A stretch of DNA of 64,000 bases, taken from assembly GCF_009914755.1 (NCBI RefSeq), contig NC_060939.1; one strand, given 5' to 3'. The stretch is from the human T2T-CHM13v2.0 reference genome, Homo sapiens. The notes below the pieces were generated by a model. The model worked only from the letters and a program-made list of their open reading frames with translations, had not been told where the DNA came from and ran no database searches. Position 1 is the first letter of the stretch. Each line of letters opens with the position of its first letter. The position numbers and the translations under genes are program-made. Below are positions 17,960 to 34,964 of this stretch, one piece after another.

Positions 17960-18037
17960 GGTATATGCCTTTTTTACAGATGGCATACAAAAATGATTAA
18001 ATGATTTTATATGCCATCTGTAAAAAAGGCGTATACC
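17960..18037. repeat. Inverted repeat: 33-bp arms, 12-bp spacer, 2 mismatches
   Basis: ggtatatgccttttttacagatggcatacaaaa ... ttttatatgccatctgtaaaaaaggcgtatacc. Confidence 0.95.
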
Positions 18038-18427
18038 TTTTTAGAAAAACAAGGACAAAGTCATTTAAATGACTGCTCAAGATGATACCAGCAAATCAGT
18101 GGTAAAACTAGGACTAGACCCAGGTTTCCAGAATCTTATCCCATACTACCTTTTAAAAGAAGTCAAAAGAAGTTCTAACTTATATTGTAAACATTACTTC
18201 ATCTTTATCATACCCCTTGAAGCTAAAGCTATGAAACAGGCAAACACATGTTATATCACTCATGCTCATAGCAGGGCAGAATCAGGAATGAATTTCATTT
18301 GTATTAGTCTCATGATTCTCTGTTTTTAAAATTACAGTTCCTTTTAACTACTACCGTAATCACTGTCACGTTCCATTATGGAAGAAGGAAGCAATATTTT
18401 ATCTTATCTTTTGAAAATTAATGTTGA

Positions 18428-18831
<404 letters not shown>

Positions 18832-19029
18832 TCATTAAGGAGCCAAATAATACAGTTAATGGTATGGTGTTTGGTAAAACATTAGCTATAATTTTAATCT
18901 CTGTGCTTCAAGAGGATATTTAAAATTCATGCTTACTGTGTACATGGCAAGTTTCCAGTTCTCATTCTAACTAATCGTTTACATGTAGCACATAAGCTAG
19001 AATTTCTTATAGTTACAGTTGACCCTTGA

Positions 19030-19399
<370 letters not shown>

Positions 19400-19417
19400 T
19401 GACTCCCTAAAAAAATA

Positions 19418-19746
<329 letters not shown>

Positions 19747-20313
19747 TTAACAATAACATAGCCAATTAATACATGTTTTGTAAATGTATTATATACTGCA
19801 TAATATATACCTTACCAATAACATAGCCAATTAACACGTTTTGTAAATGTATTATATACATTTACAAATAACCTTACCAATAACATAGCCAATTAACACG
19901 TTACCTTACCAATAACATAGCCTTACCAATAACATAGCCAGTTAACACATGTTTTTTAATGTATTATAAACTGCATTCTTACGAAAAAGTAAGCTAGGGG
20001 AAAATATTAAGAAAATCATAAAAGAAAATATATTTACTATTCATTAAGTGGAAATGGATCGTCATAAAGGTCTTCATCCTCATCATCATGTTGAGTAGGC
20101 TGAAGAGGAGGAGGAAAAGGAGCAATTGGTCTTGCTGTCTCAGGGGTGGCAGAGGCAAAAGAAAATCCATGTGTAAGTAGATCTGCACAGATCAAACCCA
20201 CCTTGTCCAAGGGTCAACTGTGTATTTTTTTACCACAACCCTATAAAAGTAACTACTATTTTCCAGCCGCATTTTACACTCAGGTATTTATTGACAATAA
20301 TATTGTCTTCTAG

Positions 20314-20360
20314 CTCTTGTTCAGCTTCTGGAATTTCTGAGCAGCCCTCGTCAGTACAAG
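20314..20360 (+). other. SENP8: 5'UTR portion of the SENP8 coding exon; splice acceptor at 20313/20314
   Basis: tattgtcttctag|ctcttg acceptor 47 nt upstream of the ATG, with no upstream ATG in this segment. The non-coding first exon(s) are not identified in the window. Confidence 0.8.
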
Positions 20361-20999
20361 ATGGACCCCGTAGTCTTGAGTTACATGGACAGTCTACTGC
20401 GGCAATCAGATGTCTCACTATTGGATCCGCCAAGCTGGCTCAATGACCATATTATTGGGTTTGCGTTTGAGTACTTTGCCAACAGTCAGTTTCATGACTG
20501 CTCTGATCACGTCAGTTTCATCAGCCCTGAAGTCACCCAGTTCATCAAGTGCACTAGCAACCCAGCAGAGATTGCCATGTTCCTTGAACCACTGGACCTC
20601 CCCAACAAGAGAGTTGTATTTTTAGCCATCAATGATAACTCCAACCAGGCAGCTGGAGGAACCCACTGGAGTTTATTGGTCTACCTCCAAGATAAAAATA
20701 GCTTTTTTCATTATGATTCCCATAGCAGGAGCAACTCAGTTCACGCAAAGCAGGTAGCAGAGAAACTGGAGGCTTTCTTAGGCAGAAAAGGAGACAAACT
20801 GGCCTTTGTGGAAGAGAAAGCCCCTGCCCAACAAAACAGCTATGACTGTGGGATGTACGTGATATGTAACACTGAGGCCTTGTGTCAGAACTTCTTTAGG
20901 CAACAGACAGAATCACTGCTGCAGCTACTCACCCCTGCATACATCACAAAGAAGAGGGGAGAATGGAAAGATCTCATTGCCACACTTGCTAAAAAGTAG
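20361..20999 (+). CDS. SENP8: SUMO/sentrin-specific peptidase family member 8 (NEDP1/DEN1), NEDD8-specific C48 cysteine protease; complete 212-aa CDS in one exon
   Basis: ORF MDPVVLSYMDSLLRQSD...WLNDHIIG...GTHWSLLV...HYDS...QQNSYDCGMYV matches human SENP8 as I recall it. The Ulp/C48 catalytic His102-Asp119-Cys163 residues are present. Strong Kozak context (aagATGG). Confidence 0.99.
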   Translation: MDPVVLSYMDSLLRQSDVSLLDPPSWLNDHIIGFAFEYFANSQFHDCSDHVSFISPEVTQFIKCTSNPAEIAMFLEPLDLPNKRVVFLAINDNSNQAAGGTHWSLLVYLQDKNSFFHYDSHSRSNSVHAKQVAEKLEAFLGRKGDKLAFVEEKAPAQQNSYDCGMYVICNTEALCQNFFRQQTESLLQLLTPAYITKKRGEWKDLIATLAKK

Positions 21000-23651
21000 C
21001 TATTGAAGTATATTTGCGACTTTTGAAGGCTCCTCTTTCTGCCCTTCCCCATTTGTTGGATGGCTGCAATCTCAGTGCCTGAGGGAAGATGCCTAGTAGA
21101 GGAAAGCTTAATACTCTTTTTCCTGAAAGAATATCATCCTCTGCATTATCCCCATGGAACGTTTCACTTTAACCCTGACTGGGGAGCAATATGTTCTGTG
21201 AAAATATCTTGAAATTGTACACCAAAACCTTACAACCAACTTATTTGAACATTTATTACACACAGGGTTTACGTAAGACTTTTCTTATTGGTATATAATT
21301 AATTTCCTTTGGTCTCCCTTATCCACATTGGCTTATTCTGGAGGAAAAGCAGTGATCTGTAAAACAAATCAAGAATATATTAAATCTAGAGGAATGCAGA
21401 GAAGAAAACTATAAAACAGAACCAAAAACTTGTTGCACAGCCTACATAATTAAGAGATCAACTGGCTGGAAGCAGATCAAGGCCTAACTTCATTCAAGAC
21501 CTAAATATTATGAGACTCAGTTATTCGGTTTTATGTGACGTCTCTTCCATTCACCATGCACAGGCTTTTCCAGCTATCTATATAATGTTTGCAAATATTT
21601 GATAAAGATGATGTTACCCTATCTTCCTCCATCTGATTCCTGGAATGCTTGAAGAAAGGGGAAATCTTGAGTAACCTCATTAAAATTAATGTCTGGTGGA
21701 CCTCTCAGTTTGCTCACTGATTGGGTAGACTTGCTACTCTGGATTAATAACTGCTTTTCTCTGCCTTGTCTATTAGCCATGCACACACTTTCTCCTTATA
21801 TCCAAAGTTCTTTGGTTCTAAAATTCATAGTTGATACCTTCCCAAGGTTACCTGTTGTTTCAGATAAACATTTGTTCTTCCTGATAGTTATAGGTTTTCC
21901 TCTCTGTCCTTAATTCTGGCAGAATTGTTTTTAGTTATGTCATGGTAATTTCAGGATGATTTTTGTATCTGAAACTTAACAGACTTAGAGTTGGTTTGTT
22001 TTTTAAATATAAAGGAAGAAAAGTGACCTTTCTCAGCCCTTTTACTTAATTAAAAATGCAGGGAATGTAATTTGTAAAATGTGGAACCAAGAGTAGAACG
22101 AAATACTATCCCTCCAGAAGCACTGATGTGTTTCAGTTGTTTCAAATAGTAAACAACCAGATGACATGTTAGGTACACAAATTAATTCTATTCCTAATGA
22201 GAATTAGATTGCAAGGCCTATGAGACTTGAAAACCAAAGATGAGCTTCAGCCATGAAACTTATTTCAGCTACCTCCCCAGCCTAACCCTGCCCCCAGCCC
22301 TCATGGCCCAAAATAACCTCACCACTCAGTGACCACAGAGAAAGTAACTTGGTTCCTTTTAGCCGAGAAGGGAAAACACAGTAAGGGTAAATAAGTACAG
22401 GTTACATAGCAGGCCTGAGTGAGCAGGAGCTGAAACTAAAAGTCAAAGAGAAAGCTATCAAAAAAAGTTTCCATTTCAAGTCGGTACATTTTGGATAAAA
22501 ACCAGTCCTAATGGAAGATGGGGCTAGGAAAAAGATTAGGAACTGGCAGTCATCCATAGAGGTGAAATACAGAGGGAGGGACAGCAAGAGAAGTGACAAA
22601 GGTCACTGATGATAGGCCACAAGTGTAGATAAAGATAAGAAAACAATGTTATTTCAGTGACTGTTGACTTAGGCAGCTAATCTAGACTATTAAAGTCAAA
22701 TCCTCTCTGGGAAAAGTTATCTTTCTGACAATGCAAAGTATGTTTATTTAAATATCAGAGTATCTTCAATCTGAGAATTAAAGCATATGAAAGCAATCTT
22801 TCCTAACTCCCTACGATTCATCTTATAAGTAAATTTATAAGTAAATTTTTAAACTACACTAGTCTTTTAAATATATATAGAAAAATATATATACACACGT
22901 ATAGACATGTATATGTAATCTATCTACATATATATAAAAAATGCATTTTCCAAATGCATTAGCCTGATTGGACTGTGCCACAGATTAGTGTCCTCCTATG
23001 AAATTTTGAGTATGTCATTTGTAAATGTTAGCATTATAAATTGCAGGAGAATTTAAGAATTGACTTGTATTTCACTGGATACTATAGTACCCGGTAAGTT
23101 ACACACCTGCTTGACCACATACCATTCATGTTACATGACACAAAATAGGAAAAAATCTTTTGCTGGTATTGCGTTCCCTTCTCTCTTAGAGTCAAAAGGA
23201 TCTATTCTGCAAAATTAATCAAAATATTCAAAAGGAAGGCAGGTTTTTCAAAACTGGGCTAAGCAATTATCAAACTGAACTAACCTGCTTTCAGATATCC
23301 TGTTGTATTGCCCGGTAAGTATAGTCACACTTGTCCAACCCGTGTCTCAATATGGAATTCAGAAAAGTTACCATATATAAACCCAGCTATAAATGGTTGT
23401 AGAAAATATAAGTATCAGTGGGTTTCCTATGTAATAGTGTTTAAAACACAAATATTTCAACCATTTGGCAAGGTATATGTTGAAGTTCACAAGCGCTGGT
23501 CCTAACTAGATCAGATAAAGTGGATTATGTTTCTGATATGTACCTAATTATTTTGACTATACTATAATTTTACAATATGCATATTGACCGTATGTTTTAA
23601 TAACACATTCCATTGAAATGACCAAGTAGAATTTCTCAGTTACATGGGGCA

Positions 23652-23980
<329 letters not shown>

Positions 23981-24407
23981 TTAGAGCATGAATGTCAAAT
24001 CCAGGGTCTGTCAGATTCAGTAGTCTCATCTACAAAATAAACCTTGTTTTCCTTCTGTCCTACTCAGTTCCATTTTAAGACTAACAACAAGTTTGAAAAC
24101 TTAGTTTTATATTGCTATGCAGCTAAACAGCTGTGTAAAAAATGGCTGATAATTACTGTTATGTACAAAAGAGAAACTTATTCAAGGATGGTGAATAGCA
24201 ACAACTAACCTTTTTATCACTCTGTAATGTGCAGGGTACTTTATGCACACATATTACACAAGTACCTTGCATATTATATATGCATCATTATATATATTAC
24301 CATATATATAAAGTAACTTGTACATTTTTGAGGTTCTATAGAAATATATAATCTCATTAATTCTTATGTTCTCATGTTTCAACAGGTACTGTTATTCTCA
24401 TTTTATA

Positions 24408-24413
24408 AATAAA
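24408..24413 (+). terminator. Candidate distal polyadenylation signal of SENP8
   Basis: AATAAA followed by pyrimidine/U-rich sequence downstream. Confidence 0.55.
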
Positions 24414-24716
24414 CTCAGAAGCTCAGTCACGTGGCCTCCATCTCGTCTCACACTTTTTCCACCTATTCCTTTCTCCCTGTCCTAGAAAATGGCAAGAACT
24501 TCACACTTGAACATTTTAAATGTAGTCTAGCCTCAGTTTCTAAATTTCATATATTCAGCTGGTATGTTACAGAAACTAATAGTGAGAAATTGTCATCTGA
24601 ATTAACTGCTAGGCAGCAGGACCTATATAACTGGCTTGGTTTTATATATTAAGTCATATCTGGATCAGCTCCTTATACTGCTCTGCTGGTTTAGGGCACC
24701 TTAAAAGCCCTACATT

Positions 24717-25031
<315 letters not shown>

Positions 25032-25182
25032 TTATGTCCTGTGTTAAATTACCTTTAATATTACATGTATATGAAAGACGGGAAGTTGAACAAGAGCAGC
25101 AGCGTGGGGAATCTCCAAAAAAGAGGGCTTAAAGGAATTGCATCAAATAAATGGGACTAAGCAAAGATGCCCTGCACAATAG

Positions 25183-25512
<330 letters not shown>

Positions 25513-25849
25513 GAAAAATCAAGTTCTGAATACACTTAAATTTTCTTATGTAGGGAAAAACTAACATCTCAGAGTGTCAAACGAAGTGATAGTCGTCTTC
25601 AGTGTCAGCAGTAGGGAAGAATTATCATTACTCTGGAAAAAATCTTACATCCTGCAGTTTGCATTAAAAGACAAAGGCTGTTTCCTGGATCTTTGTCCTC
25701 CGTGTACCAAAACCAAGCAACTTGTATTTAGAAGAAAACCCTTTCTCCATGATGCAGGCTCAGGCAAGGTTTTCTACAGTAGGCTTTGCTTCCCTAGCCA
25801 GCTCCTGCTTCAGCTCCTCACAGCTGCTATCTCAGTCTTCATTCCTCAA

Positions 25850-28235
25850 ACCTGGACAATGCTCACCTCCACCCTCACTCCTACTTTAGAGAGAAAATAG
25901 AAGCTGTCAGACATGAACTCCTTCAACTTCCCTGACGCCAGGTCTACAAGCCTACCTATATCTGCCCGTTTTGGCACCTTCTTCACTTATTTCTATTACA
26001 GAGTGACCTCAGAGCTAAGGCTAATCCCTCCATCTGCACAGGGATATCCTGCAAACAATTTACACACATCATCACCATCAGTTTCTCTCTATTGCCTCCT
26101 TTCCATCAGCATTTAAGTGTGTAAAATCTCCCCTACCTTTACTGTTTATTTTATTTTATTTTGTTTTATTTTATTTTTTGAGATGGAGTCTCGCTCTGTC
26201 TCCCAGGCGGGATTGCAGTGGCACTATCTCGGCTCACTGCAACCTCCACCTCCCACGTTCAAGTGATTGTCCTACCTCAGCCTCCCAAGTAGCTGGGATT
26301 ACAGGCGGGTGCCACCACACCCAGATAATTTTTGTATTTTTAATAGAGGCGGAGTTTTGCCATGTTGGCCAGGCTGGTCTCAAACTCGTGACCTCAGGTG
26401 ATCTGCCCAACTCAGCCTCCCAAAGTGCTGGGATTACAGACATGAGCCACCATGCCCAGCCTATTATTTATTTATTTATTTTGATGGGAGGGAATGGAGT
26501 CTCGCTGTGTCGCCCAGCCTGGAGTGCAGTGGCACAGTCTCGGCTCACTGCAGTCTCCACTCACTGCAATCTCCACCTCCCGAGTTCAAGCAATTCTCCT
26601 GCGTCAGCCTCCCAAGTACCAGGGACTACAGGCGCACACTGCCACACCTAGCTAATTTTTTGTATTTTAGTAGAGGCAAGGTTTCACCATGTTGCCCAGG
26701 CTGATCTCGAACTCCTGATCTCAGGCAATCCACCTGCCTCAGCCTCCCAAAGTGCTAGGATTACAGACATGAGCCACAGCACCCGGCCTCCCCCATCTTT
26801 AAAAATAAATAGAAGCATGACCCCATGTCTCCCTCTAGATACTGACCTTTTGCTTTTCTTCAGAGCCAGCTCTGAAGTATCTGTAGTCAATCACAATTCC
26901 TCACTTCCCTCCCACTTTTCTACCCAGTTTAATCTAGATTCTGCCCCAACTACTTAACAAAACATTAAGATCACTAGTAGTTTCTATTTTATTAGGCCTC
27001 TTAGCAACATTAAACCCTCCTTCTCAAACCACTGTTCCTAGTTTTCCTCTTTTCTGAAATCACATTTTTTTTTTTTTGACAGGGTCTGTCACCCAGGCTG
27101 GCACCATCATAGCTCACTGCAGCCTTGAATTCCTAGGCTCAAACAATCCTCCCACGTCAGCCTGCTGAGAAGCTGAGACTACAGGTACATGCCACCACAC
27201 CCAGCTTGATCTCTCTCTTATTTGCCAGTTTCTTCTTTACTTGCTATAGCTTCTCGGGGTTTTGTCTCATAAGCCCTCTTCTTTTCAGCCTGTACATACT
27301 TGCTAGGCTCTCCCATTCACTACCAAGGTCAATGACTGATTGACGCACTTCACATGTACACTTCTGTCCTGAACTTCAACTTGTAATCCATTTACCTGCC
27401 TGCTGGTCATCTTCGCTTAGATATTTCTTAGGCTCCTCAAACCCAACAAACCCCCAAACTGCTCTTGCCTTATCAAACTTGCTCCATCAGTGTTCCCCAC
27501 CTCGGAAAATGGCACCACTGTGCAACCCAGCTCCAGCCAGAAATCTAGGAGTCATCCTTGACTTTCCTCTCACTTTGCATTTATCAGCCTCCTAGTCCTG
27601 TTGCTCTACATCTTAAGAATCCTTTAAATCCATGTATTTCTATTGCCAATGCTACCACTCTAGTCCAGACAATCATGCCCTCTCATCTGGGTTGCTAGAC
27701 TAGCTTATAAAGGACTCTTCAGTGTTCACTTATACTCTTCACCCCCACTCCATTTTATATTCTGCCAATATCTTTAAGAAAGCTCTGTATAACCTGGTCC
27801 CTTCCCACTTTCCCTGCCTCTTTGCAATCTATACCACTCTTGCCTTAGCTTCCTGTGTTCCAGCCCTGCAGGCCTTCTTTTAGTTCCTCAAACACACACT
27901 TTCTTTTCTCCCTTTCCAGTCTCCCCATTTGCTGTTCCCTCCTGCACTCTCTCCCATAGTCCTCAACAGATAATCTTCTATGTCATCTCTTCCTCAAAGA
28001 AATCATCCCCAGTGCATCTGACTAATTTGCTTTCCTTGTTAATTCCTCAGAATCATGAATCCTTTCAGTGTGCCCAAATCACATATGATTTTTGGTGTTG
28101 TGTCCTTCCTTCCCACTAAATCACAAGAGCCATGGAGGCCGGGAACCATGTCTGACTCGTTCACTATTGAATCCATGCAGTTTCATACAGTGCCTGGCAC
28201 ATAAACATTGTTATTTGTTGAATGGATAAATGAGA
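25850..28235 (+). mobile_element. Long degenerate L2 interrupted by antisense Alus (~26145-26461, ~26463-26788, ~27065-27206)
   Basis: L2-like motifs (agaaatctaggagtcatccttgact; 3' end cagtgcctggcacata...ttgttgaatggataaatga) with recognisable Alus inside. Confidence 0.7.
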
Positions 28236-28869
28236 ACATAGAAGCTGTTTATCAAAGAAAAAACAGCCCATCATCCTCCCTGGCATAGCAGCAGAAGTCA
28301 AAATGCAACATTAATCAGTAGAACTATTCATGCTTGCTTAAGACCAAGCTCAGAGGTTGATGAACTTAAGCAACCTAACAGAAAATAGGGAACTCCCTAA
28401 ACTTGTACATCTAACTGTGGACATCTCTTCAGTTTATCTGCTGACTTCTTAGAGATTTTCACATTTTACATCGTTGTAATCCATGTCTAAGCACTATCTT
28501 AATTCTGCTTTTTACAAATTTCCACCTTAATCACTGTTTACTTGTGCTTAAAGGTAACATTGGGTTACATTACATTTATAGATTGTGATTTTCTTAGCCA
28601 ATTCCCCACTGCCGGGCTTTTTGGTTAGTTCTGATTTGAGATTGTTATGAATAGCAGTGCTACAAACATTCTTCATAAGTAACTTATTTCACATGTTCTC
28701 CTTGAATACAAAGTGGGATTAAGATTTCAAAACATATGAACAGTTTATATCCTATCATGTAGACAGCCAGAGATTTGTCTAAAAAGAAAGAATCAATATA
28801 TAGTACCATTAAAATTCTATGATACAAACCTATCTCTAGTTCTGTATAGCCCTACCAACACTGAGGGTG

Positions 28870-29159
28870 GGTTGTTTTGTTTTTTTAGAGATAGGGTCTT
28901 GCTGTGTCACCCAGGCTGGAGTACAGTGGTAAAATCATAGCTCACTGCAGCCTCGAACTCCTGGGCTCAAGCAGTCCTCTCCTGCCTCAGCCTCCCAAGT
29001 AGCATGGACTACAGGGACACACCACCACACCCGGCTAACTTTTTTTTTTTGAGACAGGGTCTTGCTGTGTTGCCCAGGCTGGTCTTGAGCTCCTGGCTCA
29101 AGTGATCCTCCTGCTTCCCAGAGTGCTGGGATTATAGGTATGAGCCACCACACCTGGCC
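28870..29159 (-). mobile_element. AluJ
   Basis: Antisense Alu with J diagnostics. Confidence 0.9.
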
Positions 29160-29214
29160 AACATTAGGTTTTGCATTTGCTACATTTATTTCTTGGAACT
29201 TAACAGAAAACTAA

Positions 29215-29420
29215 TATCTGTTGAGCTATTTCTGTGTGTCAGAAACTTCAAGGATTTGACATGACGTTTCCCATTTAACAAATTACCATAAACCTGTAAG
29301 TACTATTAGTATCCCCCTTTTAGAGATGAGGAAACTAAGGCTTAGAGTTGTCCAAGTAAATTGGAAGAGTTTAAATGTAGATGTACTGATTCCAGAACCT
29401 GTATTCTTAACTACTATGCT
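29215..29420 (+). mobile_element. MIR
   Basis: Core tatcccccttttagagatgaggaaactaaggcttagag. Confidence 0.75.
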
Positions 29421-30331
29421 GTACTCTCTCTCCTGGTTGTCAGTGACAGTGTTTTTTCTGTTATATTTAACAGACAGGAAAAATTATTAATAAAATCTGT
29501 AACCTTTCTGATTTCCAAGAATGTGGTATAATTTATTGCTAGTGAGCTTGTTTCATTGAGGTAAACATCCAGATGGAGCTTTTTGGTTAAGAAAGGTCAA
29601 CTCCCAGGGTTTAACACGTGTAGGCCAGGACAATACAAGAGAGATCAGTTACTCCAAATAATAAAATCAAATAAATTTGGATTTTCACTGGATGCCCTAG
29701 AGAAAGAGAATGAGGCCTAGGAAAGAAAGAAGTAGGGAAAGGTTAACGAAGAGAACTGAGATGAGAAGCATTCCAGAAACATGGCAGGAGACAGGGGCCT
29801 ACTGGAAGACATGGCCATGGAGAAGCTCCCTACTGTAGTAGAGAATGGCTGCTAAATTTCTTTAAGCAATCATCTATGTATTGAGTTTGAAGTTTTCTGC
29901 TTTGTGATATAGCCTTCCATTAACTAAACCTTTCATGCAATTTGGATATACTCAACCATTTTGGTGGTGGATCATTTGGAGGAATGAAGGATGAGGAGTG
30001 GCACATGATGAGGCAAAAAGGAAATAGCCAAAGGAACAGGGGACGGGACAAGCAGGCTGCATCCCATCTGCAGGAGACACAGAAGCAACCTTAAAAACCC
30101 TTGGAGAAACTGAGGTCTCAGGACTTCCCACAGTGGTTAGAAATGGGTCTCAGGCCATTTCAAATTGAAAGAATGACCCCTAAACACTAAATTATTTGGG
30201 GTTGTCCAAGTTTGGAAATTTCTGGGTTACACTGAAGTGAGAAAGAGCTTGAACCACAGTAAAATAAATTTGATGTATTAGCAGCATTTGTCATAGCCTT
30301 TGCCTTGATGTATCATGAAATAATTAGCTTC

Positions 30332-33160
<2,829 letters not shown>

Positions 33161-33168
33161 GAAAATCT

Positions 33169-34034
<866 letters not shown>

Positions 34035-34073
34035 ATCACCCCTAGGAGTCTAAAAGCATTTTTTTTTTTAGGC

Positions 34074-34270
34074 CAGGGATCAGCAAACTTTTCCTTAAAG
34101 GGACAGATATGGTCAGATGATCTTTGTCATAACTCCTCAACCCTGCCATTGGAGCTCTAGAGCAGCCAGAGACAATACATAAACAAAGGGGCATGGCTGA
34201 GTTCCAGTAAAACTGTATTTACGAAAAGCTGGCCAGGCTGTACAGCAGTCTGTACTTAGCTGATTCCTGC
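34074..34270. mobile_element. MER58-like hAT element
   Basis: cagggatcagcaaacttttcc...ggcatggctgagttccagtaaaactgtattta. Confidence 0.7.
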
Positions 34271-34768
34271 TTTAGACAAAGACACATCTTGGTAAATCAG
34301 CTCTCTTCATTGATAGGCCAGTGTCTATTCATCCCCTCTCCCAGTTGCCAAAAACAAAATTCTAGAAGGGTGAATGCAAACCTAGCAAAATTATAGATCA
34401 TTAGCTTCTCTGCCTGCATGCACATGGGGGCATTCCTTACTCAATGTGGCCCTTGAGTAAGTTGTGATTTGCGGGATGAGGTAGAGAGAGAAATCCTGCT
34501 ATCAGGTGCTGTCTTGCTAATGAGTCTTGAGCACATTATCTGAAGCTTTGGAGTATCCTCTAGAGGTTTCTAATAGGCAGAATGATCTACTTCTGAAGCC
34601 TCTTTTCTCTATGCCATTAAGTTCTTTGGCACTGATGATGAATTTCCTGCGGCAAGGAAACCATTTTTTACTTTTATCAGCTATTCTGAAAGTCAATAGA
34701 CTGACGCAGTTATCAAAATAACTGCCAATATTATAAGGTCCAGGCCCTAACTTCCTGCCACCTAAAGC

Positions 34769-34964
34769 AATGATACTCAATTAGGGGTAGTTTGCCTGCT
34801 CTGGAGACACTTGGCTGTCATAACCAGGGGTGGGGGGTGCTACTGGCATCAGGTAAGCAGAGACCAAGGATGTGGCCCAGAATCTTTCAATACACAAGAT
34901 AACCCCCTATAACAAAGAATTAGCCAGTCCAAAATATCAGTAGTGCTGAGGTTGAGAAACCATG
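34769..34964 (+). mobile_element. MER20
   Basis: ggggtgctactggcatc...cccctataacaaagaattagccagtccaaaatatcagtagtgctgaggttgagaaacc. Confidence 0.85.

Noticed and set aside
20410-20625. 71-aa +1-frame ORF overlapping SENP8
   Set aside because: Weak Kozak context, lies downstream of two in-frame ATGs, and has no recognisable features; it would need Ribo-seq support.
22275-22301. C-run motif in the SENP8 3'UTR (G4 on the template strand)
   Set aside because: The G-rich strand is not the mRNA, and such motifs are common; nothing further supports it.
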